This document shows, piece after piece, positions 36,495 to 48,063 of a stretch of 64,000 nt of DNA. Position 1 is the stretch's first letter. Each line of letters begins with the position of its first letter. The translations under genes and the position numbers were made by a program. Origin of the DNA: Lophium mytilinum (taxonomy: Eukaryota); assembly GCA_010093605.1 (NCBI GenBank), contig MU004181.1:930001-994000 (forward strand), read 5' to 3'. The notes under the pieces were generated by a model. That model did no database searches and had not been told where the DNA came from. It saw only the letters and a program-made list of their open reading frames with translations.

Positions 36495-36890
36495 AGGAGT
36501 TTCCAGGTTTTTCGAAATCGCGACTTTCCATTCCATTTCGAGTTTTGGGACCATGTCGAGGAGCCTCCGACGGCGACGCGATAGTGTACACGGGCACGGT
36601 TATGCTTTGATCTCGTCCAGAAACGTTACCTCAGTCTGTTGCTGAATTTTTCTCATATCACCATTGGTACACGACAACATTTAAGGTGGCTTCATAAGGT
36701 TCCAGGTCGATCGAAGTAACCTTTGGTATTTTTCTATTTTTCGAAAGCCGGTTGGGGTACCTCCGTCGACATTAGGACTGTGTCCAGGCCTCACAAGGTT
36801 CCAGGTCGATCAAAATCAACTTTGGGTATTGTTCTGATTTCTGAGAGCTGGTCGGGGCACCTCTGACGGTGTCAGGATTATGTCCATCTA
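36495..36890. repeat. Degenerate tandem array, ~99-bp unit
   Basis: AGGTTCCAGGTCGATC..CTTTGG(G)TATT..GGGG.ACCTC at 36697 and 36796; a weaker copy lies near 36498. Confidence 0.75.
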
Positions 36891-36903
36891 CCTACCACGA
36901 CAA

Positions 36904-38399
36904 TCAAGCTTTGATGCCGTCCACAAACCTCTTCAGCATGCCGGTGAAGCTCTCCCAGATCACTTGGTCTGCGCCTTGTAACCACCTAACGCTTACCACC
37001 CCTACCTCCTCAATCATGAACACTTTGAACGCCAAGGCTACCGTCTTGTCAGCTTCTTTGGCTACCTCTGCTTCCGTGGCCTCGACGTTCTTCTTTTGCT
37101 GGCGTCTGAAGGCACGTGACCAGACGTTCTGTGAGGTAATTCCGATACCAGTACCCGAAGCGGGGTCAAAAGACCAACGAAGTTGTAGAGAGCCTAGGTG
37201 TGCATCTATTGCACTAGCAACGGTGACCGCTTTTGGAATTGTGATTTGAAATATTGTCGGAAACGGGTCTAACATACGCTCTGTCGACCAGTGCCTAGCA
37301 ACATCCTATACTTTTGGTTAATCTCTCATCCTATGACGTCCAAATTGAGAGTGGATCTTATACATGTCTCGGCCTTAGGTCACCGAAGCTCCAGGCTACT
37401 GCCCACCTCCGCGTCGATCCACCGGCCCACAAGTTGGAAACCGCGTAGTTGGATACGTTGTTCTCTCTCAATTTGTGTACCAGAGCGTTCGCGCTGCTTA
37501 GCTTGCCGAACATAGAGCTGTACCATTGTACCTTCTCGCGCAGCTTCAAGCTTTCTTCAAAGATCCTAGAGACGAAGGCCAGGTCGCCGCCAGGATATAC
37601 CATTTCGGTAGATATGCCAGTACATACCGCATGAGGCGTGGCACCCTTGCCTTTGCCTGCAATCGAATCGATCATTTCCTGATCAGTAGAGAAGAAGGGT
37701 GGGTTGCACATGGTGAATTGAAGTCCCTCAACACCTAGAATGGGGAGCGAGATGAGGGGATCTGATGGTTTGGTTTGCGTTACCAGAGCGCGTGATTCGA
37801 GATCGTTGATCTGTAAGTTGTATTTGGCGAAAGAGAGAGACCTCTCGTCAATATCGGTGGAACACATGCGCCAGGATGACCGCGTCTTAAGGGCAAGGAT
37901 GGTGTAGATGGCAGAGGCTCCGGTACCAATGTCTAGGCCGGTAACAATGCGCTTAGGATCGTAAGTGTCGGTGTAATTGGGAGAAGTTGTGTCGATAAGC
38001 TCCTGGATCCAGCGAACATAGTTGTAGCGGATGGGAACACGAGCGCAAAGTCGGTCGTTTGGGAGCTTGACATCGAGGTCAAAGTCTCGCTTTAGTAGTG
38101 CTATGGTAATCAATCTTCGGAGAAGAGTTAGTGAAAAGCTAGTAAGATTTGCTTACAGAACATGATTTTACTCGAGACAGGGCAGACTCAGCGTATAGAG
38201 ACTCTGTCGGTGTGAGGGTGCCATCGCGTCCTAGTTATCAACTTACTTCGGGAGGCATGACTTACTTGACGGTTGTTGGGTCGTTGAAATCGACGTAGCC
38301 TGATTTGCTCCCCCGCCTAGCCAACTCTTCGTGGCTCAGAACCAACGCTGGTAGATCAATGGTACCCTGGTAGTAGGGTATCTGACCAGACGCCGCCAT
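36904..38399 (-). CDS. METTL16: U6 snRNA m6A methyltransferase (METTL16/RlmF, DUF890 family)
   Basis: LLKRDFDL..DRLCARVPIRYNYVRWI, GLDIGTGASAIY (SAM motif), FTMCNPPFF, WYSSMFGKLSS, TRRWAVAWSF; three exons. Confidence 0.92.
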
Positions 38400-38529
38400 A
38401 ATGTTGTGTTGTTGTGGTCAATCGGGTTGAAGAAGGCTAGGCGGTTCGTGCTTAAAAGAGAGGTTGGAAAATCGGCGCTAGTGGCTCAGCCAATCATAGC
38501 TTACAGATGTGCATTCAAAGACACTACCA

Positions 38530-38757
38530 CAGTGACAGACCACAAGTCTGGGCACACTGGTCTACCACCGCTTGGGGTACCCCAACAGTATTTGGAAGAT
38601 CCAAAGGCGATGTCGAGGTTCAATCGGTATAGATTAGACTGCCTCTTGACCAGTTGGCTGCTCAGCAGCCAGGCTACCCCCCAACAGTGGTGTCGAGTGA
38701 GCAAGTTGGAGCCGAGCAGTGGTGAATCCGTGTGCCCAGACCTATGGCCTATTACTA
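38530..38757. mobile_element. MITE copy 1 (non-autonomous TIR element, Tc1/mariner-like ends)
   Basis: ~47-bp imperfect terminal inverted repeats (CAGTGACAGACCACAAGTCTGGGCACAC.../...GTGTGCCCAGACCTATGGCCTATTACTA); collinear with 61172-61397. Confidence 0.85.
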
Positions 38758-39242
38758 TATTCAAAGACACAAAGTCAGTTTAAATGGCTTACTCTCCTAT
38801 TCTGAAGTTCAAAAGTATATTGAAGCGCCCATGATAGAGGAAAGAAACTGTGCACAGGTCTACGAGGAGGCAGGTATGTGTACTTTGACGAGATAGTGTG
38901 AAGCCGAGTCAAGGACTATTCACACCGGGAAATACGTATCGGGTTTTATCCGATGCCGTGGGACTCCCCTACTCGCATACCAGCGCCTGCGTGCTGTTGA
39001 GTCGATACATGCGCCAATACAGACATGACAGGAACAGCATGAGCAGAAGCCTTGTCGTTAAACTTCAGAACCGCTCTCAATCCTATGTCCTTCGGTCAAA
39101 CCAGAGTATCCGGGCTCCGTATGCGGCACTCGTTTCAAAACGTTGATGCGGCTCTCCTAGGTGATCCTTCATTACATCCATTGTCAGGGAACACCGATGA
39201 GGCTTCTTTTGTTTTAGGAACTCAAGGACAATCTTGAGGTTC

Positions 39243-40034
39243 TCATTTCTTGATCTCCCTCAACAGTTCCGAGACTGTCACAATCCGATAACCCCTCCTC
39301 CTCATCTCAGGAATGACTTTCCGCAGCATTGGCAACGTCCAACTCCTCCGGTCATGGCAGATGATGATACCACCAGGATGCAACATGCTGAGAATGTGCC
39401 TTGCATTGACACGCCAATATGGAATCTGAGGATCGTGTGGATAGATGCTGCCGAGAACGAGTCTGTAGTTCAGCTTGTATAGAATCGCGAGCATCCGGTC
39501 GCTGAAGAAGCCCGATCCTGGCCGGAAGAGCTTTGGGTTGGTACGGTCGGTCTCGGCGTCTTTGTACGCAGTGTCGATCATCTGTTCCACGGACTGAATC
39601 TGGCTGGTGAGAGTCTCACCGCTTAGAGACCGTGAAGGCTCGTCGTGCATCGCGTGATTTCCTAGCTCGTTTCCGTTTCGGACTAGATTGCTCAAAATCT
39701 CTTCCCGTCCAGAGACTTGAGCACCGATGACGAAAAAGGTCGCGGTGGCATTGTTGTCCTTGAGTAGTTGCATAATTTCCTTGGTGTACTCTGACGGTGC
39801 ATCGTCAATCGTGAGTGCAATGATTCTAGAACGTGTCGGAACATGCCAGAGAGTGTCTGGCCAGCGGTATTGAAAGTAGCGTATGAGAAAAGTGGGAGGT
39901 TTGTAAAGGCAGTAGAATGGCGTGAAGAAGATGAATATGGTGCTTAAGAGAATGAACATGGCTGCAAGCCGGGAACGTCTGGCCCTTCTGCGTAGCTTAG
40001 ATGGAAACCTTAGGAAGTAATTGATGTGAGGCAT
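39243..40034 (-). CDS. Carbohydrate esterase family 4 (NodB) polysaccharide/chitin deacetylase with N-terminal membrane anchor
   Basis: IALTIDDAP, ATFFVIG, ELGNHAMHD, LFRPGSG, GGIIICHD motifs; 263-aa single exon. Confidence 0.92.
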   Translation of the reverse strand: MPHINYFLRFPSKLRRRARRSRLAAMFILLSTIFIFFTPFYCLYKPPTFLIRYFQYRWPDTLWHVPTRSRIIALTIDDAPSEYTKEIMQLLKDNNATATFFVIGAQVSGREEILSNLVRNGNELGNHAMHDEPSRSLSGETLTSQIQSVEQMIDTAYKDAETDRTNPKLFRPGSGFFSDRMLAILYKLNYRLVLGSIYPHDPQIPYWRVNARHILSMLHPGGIIICHDRRSWTLPMLRKVIPEMRRRGYRIVTVSELLREIKK

Positions 40035-40422
40035 CGAATGGGCTCTTCTCTTGTCTCAACATTGGTGGGCATGCGGGCGTTGATGAGCTTTTTTAATGGA
40101 TGGCTCAGGAGGTGCACACAGCTAGCGGCATTGGGCAGGTTAAGCTCGGACCTGGCCTTCAAATCGGTATCCTGACATTCAGCGACTATGGACATGCAAG
40201 CTCGCAGATATTGACTCTTATTTGCGCCTCATTCATTTAGTTGTAGTCTCTGATATTTCCCAAGAACATGTGGTTCTTTAGCCAAAGACTCCATAACAAG
40301 TATCAACGCCAGGCAATCTTTTCTTCCTTCCCAACGCCCATCAATGATTTCCAAACAGATGGCACGTATCTTCGTAACTCGCTATACAACGTTCCTACAG
40401 TTCGCCTTGAGTGTCTGTCAAT

Positions 40423-41273
40423 TTATAGCCATCCAAATGAGCCATCAAAAGCTCCATCTGGTTCACCCAATCGTACTTCCTCGAAACTAGGGACAGTTCC
40501 AGGCTTGTAGAATCCCAATAAAGCCTCCATGTCGGCGTCATCCATCTCACAGAGATCTTCCAGGCTCCAGGACTCGCAGACTTTTGACATCCTGTCAAAG
40601 ATTAGCGTCGAAAACGTAGATTCGTGGCATAGTCACGTACCACTGCATCCTCTTCGGTCCCTCCTCAATATTTGGTGCAATCTTTCGTAGCTTCCTACGT
40701 AGCGCACCGACTTTCTGTATGGCAGCTCCAACATTGGGGGGCAGTCCAGCAGCAATCTGTTTCCTCACAATACTCGCCAGCTTAGGTCCGTTCCCGTTGG
40801 TGCTAACCATGATCTGCAATGGCCCGTCGCGATGCACGCTCCCAAAGTAAAAGTCACATTCCGGTGGAACATCCGCAATGTTCGCAGGTATCCTCTTCTC
40901 GTGACAAAGCTTGTAGATTTGGCTCGAGGCTTCCGGGTCGTCCACAGCAGTAAGCACCATATCCACCCCATCCAAATCCGAGGGCTCGAACTTCCGGTCA
41001 ATATATGTGACCTGTTTCTGGGCTACACGAAAGGCGACTTCATCGTTCAGGCCGTCCTGGGGCGAAACGACGGTGACTTTGGCGTCTGCATTCAGCACGT
41101 TGACAATGCGCCCGGCTGCTACCTGACCTCGTGTCAACTGTCAATACCTTTCAAACTTCGACGAAGTGTCAACTCACCTCTCCGCCACCAATGACGAGTA
41201 CGTGTTTGTTACGAACTTGCCAGGCAAGTATCAGAGAGCCTCCGCCTTGAATCTCGGGATATGTGCCCTTCAT
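40423..41273 (-). CDS. MET8: Siroheme biosynthesis precorrin-2 dehydrogenase/ferrochelatase
   Basis: GGSLILAWQVRNKHVLVIGGGE|VAAGRI...NIADVPPECDFYFGS...VSTNGNGPKLA...RMQW|MSKVCESWSLEDL; three exons. Confidence 0.95.
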
Positions 41274-41679
41274 GGTGAAGGTCTGTGAAGAGGAAAGAAG
41301 GCTGGCGTCCACGGAGATATTTGTTCGCATGACGCTTATTCCACCTACCTATCAAGCTCTGGCCCAAGCTTTTAGCCACAGCTCATAGCGGCACGTGGTG
41401 AATGTGAGCCCTGGAAAGACAGAAGTTGCATCCACGGTCGCAGGTAATAGCTATATAGACATATGCTTATCTGTCTTATGAATAATGCTGCATCGTACTC
41501 GTGCAACTCCAAGGATCTGATCCCCAATCCCAGGCTGCTGGAGCTTGTTGCCCTGCCGCATCTTAAATTAGCTCCATGTCCGTCCGCCGCTCGCCGTCGA
41601 CCTTGAAGCACTCCCGCGCCCGCATTGTGAACAACCAACCTGGCATGACGGCCCCTCGACCCGCCAGACACCTACAGTC

Positions 41680-43950
41680 ATGACCTCGGGCAGGTCCCTG
41701 GGCGGAGGACGAGTACTGGGAAGCGGACGAAACCTGTCGCCAGCCGTCTCCCCGCAGCCACGTCCACACCACAAGCGGAATACCAGCCTGCTTTCACCCT
41801 CCGAGAGCTCCGTTTCGTTAAGCTCGCAGACATCCAATAGCCCCGCTACGACTGCAGATACACAGGACATTACTTCAAAGGTCGCCTCAGAGAATGCGGA
41901 ACCCTCGGCGGCGGCGTCCGCGAGCTCACGGCTTGTGTGCCCTATATGCAACGAAGAGATGGTATGATCATGCTTCAGGGCTCTGCAATTTGTGAAGAAC
42001 CAGGCTAACACAAACTCCAGGTGACACTGCTGCAGCTGAATAGGTACATACTTCTGGCGCCTTCATATTCCCCTCCGACGTCCTAACCCCCGACAGGCAC
42101 ATAGACGATGTACACCAAAACCTAGAGGAAATCGAGCAGGATGAGGTTAAAACGTGGTTCAAGACTCAGATGGTCAAGGCAAAGAAGTTCCAGCCTCTCG
42201 CCGTACTGAACCAGAAGCTGAAAGGCCTCGACGTCTTCGAATCGAACGATGAGCCTGCGCCGCTGTCCAATCCCACCAGCGGTGTCACGGCCCCCGAACC
42301 ACTCCCGCCGAGACGAGACCCTGACGAGGAAGTCACTAGAGCACATTGGCAACGGCCGGGATACAGGGATGCCTGTTCAGACCCAATTTGTGGACGTCCT
42401 GTGGGTGGTTCGACCCTCGGCGGAGGAAATGGAAGCGTGAACTGCAGAAAGTGCGGGAAGATATTCTGCGAGGACCATACCATGTACCAGATGAAGCTGT
42501 CGCGGTCGGCGCAGCATCAGCCGGTTGGAGGGTTCTGGTGTAGGGTTTGCGAAACTTGCTACAAGTCACGGGAGGGATACAACGACCACAATGGTACAAG
42601 CTACTAGGCTAGAAAAGAAGCGAAGCTATGCTAACAAGTTTCAGGATTTGAAAGAAACCACTATGAAGACTTTGCTAGCATACGACGTAAAACCGTTGAT
42701 AAGGAGTATCTCGAAGTTAGTCGCTTGGAGAAACGGCTTACGAAGCTTACGCAACTACTGGCAAATCCACCACCGGACCAGAGCTCTGGAGGTGGGAGTT
42801 TGCTTTGGCCTCTGTCTGGGGCGAAAGCCCAACAAAAGCTCCTCGAACAGACAGTCATCACGTGGGAAGAGGATGCGAAAGTGTCGAATTGCCCCTTTTG
42901 CCAACAAGAGTTCTCCAGTTACACATTCAGAAGACATCACTGTCGATTATGTGGTCGAGTTGTTTGTGGCGATGCTCGAACTGGATGCTCATCGGAACTC
43001 GGCTTGAACGTAGCTGCTAGTGAGAACCGTTATCTCCGTTTAGTCGAGAATAATACTAATCACTCATAGATCCTAGCAGAACTTCAGAGAAGGGCGCACC
43101 TCAAGTCAGTGTAGATGTCAGAATGTGCAAAGATTGCAAGCATACTCTTTTTAGCAAGAGCGACTTTGCCAGGGAGCTTGCACGTACGCCTCCAGATCAA
43201 CGAGCCTTCGAGAATTTAGCACAGTTTGAAAGAGGAATTCGACTTCTATTACCGAGGTTTCAAAAGCTGCTGGTAACATTACAGTATGTTCCAATCTTGC
43301 AACTCACTCTCTAGGCCCCTCTGATGATCTTCTGCAGGGATCCCGATAAGCCTCCCTCTGCTACTCAGCTCCATGATGCCACCAAAGTTCGGAAACGACT
43401 CATGGACGCCTTCGGCCAGTTTGATACTGCTGCACGTAGGATACGAGACCTTCCTACGGAGTCTAGCACCCAACAGCGCTTACAAAAGGCTGTATACCAG
43501 CAGGCATACAACTTCTTGTCGCTACACATGCTCCCTCTCCGCACCCTCCCAAAGATCCTTAAGCACGCCGCACCACACGGCAATCCGAATGGCAAGGGTG
43601 TACCTGGTCTTGCTATCAATGGGAAACCATCTGGTGGCGCTCTTTCTGTCATCAAATATAACGACATCGATGCCGGCAGCATACGGAGCAGCAGTAGTGC
43701 CGTTTCCGTTATGGAGGCTGAGGAGAAGGAGCTCCGGGAGCGATTAATCGTTCTCGAAGAGCAAAAGTTCTTCGTTTCTGAGATGATCGCAGACGCAAAT
43801 AAGCATCGCAAGTTCGATGAAGTTGCAAGTCTGGCCTCGAACGTAGAAGATCTAAGTAAGGAGATTGATCAGATCAACAATCAACTCAACCAGCTGGATT
43901 TCGCGGCGGCATACCAGCGAGATGTTGTTAGTCCACCGCCTGTCACATGA
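41680..43950 (+). CDS. PEP7: Vacuolar segregation protein Pep7/Vac1 (rabenosyn-5), C2H2 plus FYVE domains
   Basis: CPICNEEM|VTLLQLN|RHIDDVH zinc finger; two FYVE-type domains (NCRKCGKIFC; WEED..CPFC..RRHHCRLCGRVVC); C-terminal LIVLEEQKFFV..RKFDEV; multiple short introns. Confidence 0.93.
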
Positions 43951-44458
43951 AGAGTTAGACTTATGCCTTTCTCACAACTTGGCTTCGTCCTGAAGCGCAT
44001 GGGTGCACTTAGGGCCGGCCCAAGGAACCAGGCGAGATCCATACCCGACAGCATTCCCACGTGTGTCTTACCGCACGCACTCGTCGCAGACTATGGCGTG
44101 AAAGAAAATCACGGTTGTGTGAAGTACTGTCAACATATGCCCAGAATCCAACCCAAATCACCCAACTCTGGAATAGGATCATCGCAAGCAAGCGATTGTA
44201 ATCGAAGCAGCCCCGCTCGATGAGTTGCAAAACCGCCTTATCTATCTCGATATCTACCGAAGACACAGCAAAGTACCCCAGTCTGCTTGACAGTCGTCGC
44301 GAAGAAGATTGACTAGGACAAAGAAGCCTCATTGGCCACTCGAGGGATCGGTTAGGTGAAAGCCATCTCGTCTTTGCATATCATTATACCACTAGCGCAA
44401 TAGATATCAAATAGCATCGACACTTAGTGTCATACATCAACTCAAATCTTACAGCCCA

Positions 44459-45504
44459 TCAAACCTCACTCCTTCCACCATCCTGCACTATCATAGTCCC
44501 CGCAGCTAGCCTCGCCGCGGCCAAAGCATTCAACCAAGCCCCAAGCCTCAATCCCGCCTTCCCAACCAACTCATCTATAACCGGCCCCGCACCCACGAAA
44601 TACTCGCCCCCGAGATCATTCTCCTCCAGCCACGCCTGCCCCTTCTCCAACACGAACCCACACACCCACGCATTCGCCTCGCTCGCCCACTCCAGCGCGC
44701 ACGTCTGCGCCGTCTCAACATCATCACACTGCGCAACATGCCCCTTCTCCCTCGCATACAACTCCGCCGCCCACGCCGCCGCCGCTGCTTTCAGTACCCC
44801 CTTCTCGCTTTCCGCGGGATCTAGCGCGCGCAGTTTATGCGGCATCGCGCGATCCCACACGCCGTGCAGGTTCTCCCGCTCGCCGCAGTGCGCGTCGAAG
44901 CAGACTTTGATGCCGTTGCCGCCGCGCGAGAGGTGCTCGGTGTGCAGCGGCTGGTGGATGTCGCCAAAGAAATGAATAATGAACATGAGCGCTTCTTTCT
45001 GCTGCACGGTGTCGAGATCTGGGTTGTTGATCCGGGAGGTCTGGGGGTTAGGGGGGTTAGAAAGTGGGGATTTTGAGGGGGGGCGGGTTAGAGGGGGCAG
45101 GGGGAACACGCACGAAGTTCGCGATGGCGTCGACGATGCAGCCGGGGCCGGCTTTGCAGTCGCGCGTGTAGGTCACGTTGCAGTAGTTTGGGGGGTCGTC
45201 GAGGGCGTCTGCGGGTGCTTGTTAGTCGCGTGTTTTTTATGTAAGGGTTTGAAGTGACATTACCTATGTAATGCCATTCGGCGGAGTGGGTGTATCCGTT
45301 TCGGTGTCTGATAACATCGGCCCAGATGGCGCTGTCGGAAATGTCCCAGCCTTGGTCGTTTGCTAGGAGGGTGTTAACAAGTTCGGAGGCGTCTGTGGTC
45401 AGGTGTTTTGAGGCGAGGTAGGCGACGGTTCGGTGGCCGAGCTCGCCCCAGCTGTAAACAATTGGAGTTAGAGAAAGGAGAGGGAGGAGGGTTCGGAAGC
45501 GCAT
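44459..45504 (-). CDS. Secreted S1/P1 nuclease
   Basis: Signal peptide then WGELGH, WAD, WHYI|D, IHFFGDIHQPLH, NLHGVWD zinc-binding motifs; three exons. Confidence 0.95.
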
Positions 45505-47043
45505 TGCGATGATGGAAATTGATTTTTTTTTTAAACTTTTAGAGATGTAGAGGAGAGATGAACATCTAGATTGTAAAAGACCTTGACCTTGTTGAGGCGG
45601 CCAGCGCACTATATAAAAGCGGTAACGACTTCAGCTCGCCTCAATAATTGGGCGTTGAGCATGCATGGCGTCGGTCTGGAATGCATAGCCGCGCGCTTGG
45701 GCTCTAATCGTCAAACAAAGGTGTTGATTGGCGTATTCAGCGCTGTTCTAGAGAGCCGAGTGTATTTTGTTGACTTTATGAGAGTATCTGAACGAGGGGA
45801 CAGAGGAAATCTTCAATGAGAAGAGCAGTAAGTTGTGGTATTCTTTGTAGCGTTACAGCGAGTCTTCTATCGACACGTGGTCAGACCTTGGTACCACCCA
45901 ACCATGATTCAACTCGAAAATCGATACGAACAATCTTCTACAAGCTTTCATAGCATCGCCTCTACGACAGTAAAAGAACAATATATGGAAGAGAAAGAGC
46001 AGAATAGAAAGTAGTCACGTGTGACGGAACATGCTCGACATCTCCTTGTCCATCTTTCGCCAACTAAGTCTCATCCATCATTGCGCCCGACTTGTCAAGC
46101 TCCCGAACTTCACGTCGCCCATTGACCGCTTCCCTGAGAGCGCAGCTCTTTCCCACTCGATGACGGCGTGCAGCAAGTATAGGAAATACCGCAAGCACGG
46201 CCCCATAATTAGATCAACACCAGGTGTCTTAGCCGGCTCGATATTGCTGTAGATGCAACACGAGAGCCTCACTCCGGGAGGCGCCGCTGCAACTATCCCT
46301 CGTCGAGGAGGCGACAGATCACGTTCTTCGCCTCCCTTGTTGTTCTGTCAGACATGTATCACAGCTCCCTCATAATTCTTACCGCCTAAGAGGCGTTGCC
46401 ACAGAGCTCTCGACTGCACCATACGTTGCATATGACAGAAGCCAAGAATCAATGTGCGGAGCAAAGAAAGTATACGAGAAGCTCGTTGTACATAGATCAC
46501 CAGCCCGACAGGCCTCCCAGGTACTGAGCTAAATTTGGAATCGACCGCCCAATAACCTGACAGCAACGGCGTCGCAGATCCCCTGGCGTAAATCGAACTT
46601 CTCCCTGCTGACCTGCCACAACTAGGGATAGCCTATCGATGTTCGCCTCCGCGTCGAAGAGGTGAGGGCAGGTCGTGCTTAGCCGAAGGGTGCACAAACA
46701 TCATTCGTTCGTCTGAAATTGGTTATTCAAGCCGATTACCCGTACAGCGTGGCAAAAGTCCCAAGAGGACTGCCGCATTCGTCTCGCTCCTTACGAGAAA
46801 CAGCTGCTCAGGAGACCCGCGTGCCTGCTTCAGGTACCATATAATGGGCGTACCTGTCGTCATGGCCGAGTGAAGGAGTGCAAGACCCCATTCGGACGAC
46901 ACCCTTGCAAAGATAGTTACACAGATATTAAGTCGCATACAAATACCGGAGACTTCTCCCAGTATTCGATCAGCAACACTCAAACACTTCCCTACCAATC
47001 ACCAGTCTACCTATCCACTACCTCGCCATCTCCTTCCACCAAC

Positions 47044-47669
47044 ATGAAACAATTCATTGCCCTCGCAGCCATCATCTCTTCCGTCTTCGCTGCTCCTACA
47101 AAACGCGAAGAGTGCTGCAACGACCGTTCCAAGAATCCGGAATGGACTGTTCACGGCCTCGACTACCACGCCTCATACATCTTCACAACGCCCGCGCACC
47201 AGAACTCCTGGGGCTACGTAAACTTCAACCTAACAAACACCGCCGTCGACTACACAGTTGCGTGCAGCGGCGACAGCGACCAACTCTCGGATTTCTTCTA
47301 CGGCAACATGTGGTACACGTGCCAGACCGCAGAAGGCACGCCGCCGGCGTATTTCCGCTACGACAGACCAACTGGGAGGGTCGATCTGAACCAAACCTGG
47401 GTCTGCCCCGACCCGCAATATCCGTACGTACACACCATTTCTTTTTAGCTTTTATCCGAATTGTAGGGTTTGCAAGACGTGTACTGACTATAAGGGATCA
47501 CAGCACAACCTACGGAGCATACGGAAACGCGACAAAAGAGCTAACCTGCACCGACACGACCTGGCAGAACCCCAATTGGACAATGGGGCAAATCTACTCG
47601 AGCAGGACTGTTGAGTGCAACTTGGTCGATCTAGTGGTGGAGCCGTCGCAGATTTGGGCTGTTGCGTAA
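47044..47669 (+). CDS. Small secreted Alt a 1-like (AA1-like domain) protein
   Basis: MKQFIALAAIISSVFAAP signal; ASYIFTTPAHQNSWGYVNFNL...CSGDSDQLSDFFYG..YTC...LNQTWVC; one intron ~47424-47503. Confidence 0.8.
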
Positions 47670-48063
47670 AAAGGTCGCAAGCTGGCGTAGGCTCGCTGAG
47701 AGGCTAATTAGGATTGACTGTTGACTTTTACGGTATAATATTAATAACATGACTACATTCTTGAAGGGGTTTTTCATGGACATTTGCGTTGAGTTTGAAC
47801 TGTAGAGATGAACGTACGAATGCGAGCTCTAGCACGAGGTTGTATCTGTGGTGACACTCATAGCCGCTGGATAGGTATAGAAAAGAAATGAATTGTGATC
47901 AATCTACCACCAGCATGGCCCTTGTTTCCAAGAAGAGCTCCAACCTGGGCATGGAAAAATGAACCAATCACCTATACGCCCATTTTCATTTCATCCATGC
48001 TCGCCCAAACCGCTAAATCAAACCGATACCATCACTCCCGCCCCCGACCACCCATCTCACCCC

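Noticed and set aside
38116..38285. ACAGAG-containing hairpin in METTL16 intron 1 as a possible autoregulatory substrate
   Set aside because: The sequence is GACAGAGT, not the UACAGARAA consensus; likely chance.
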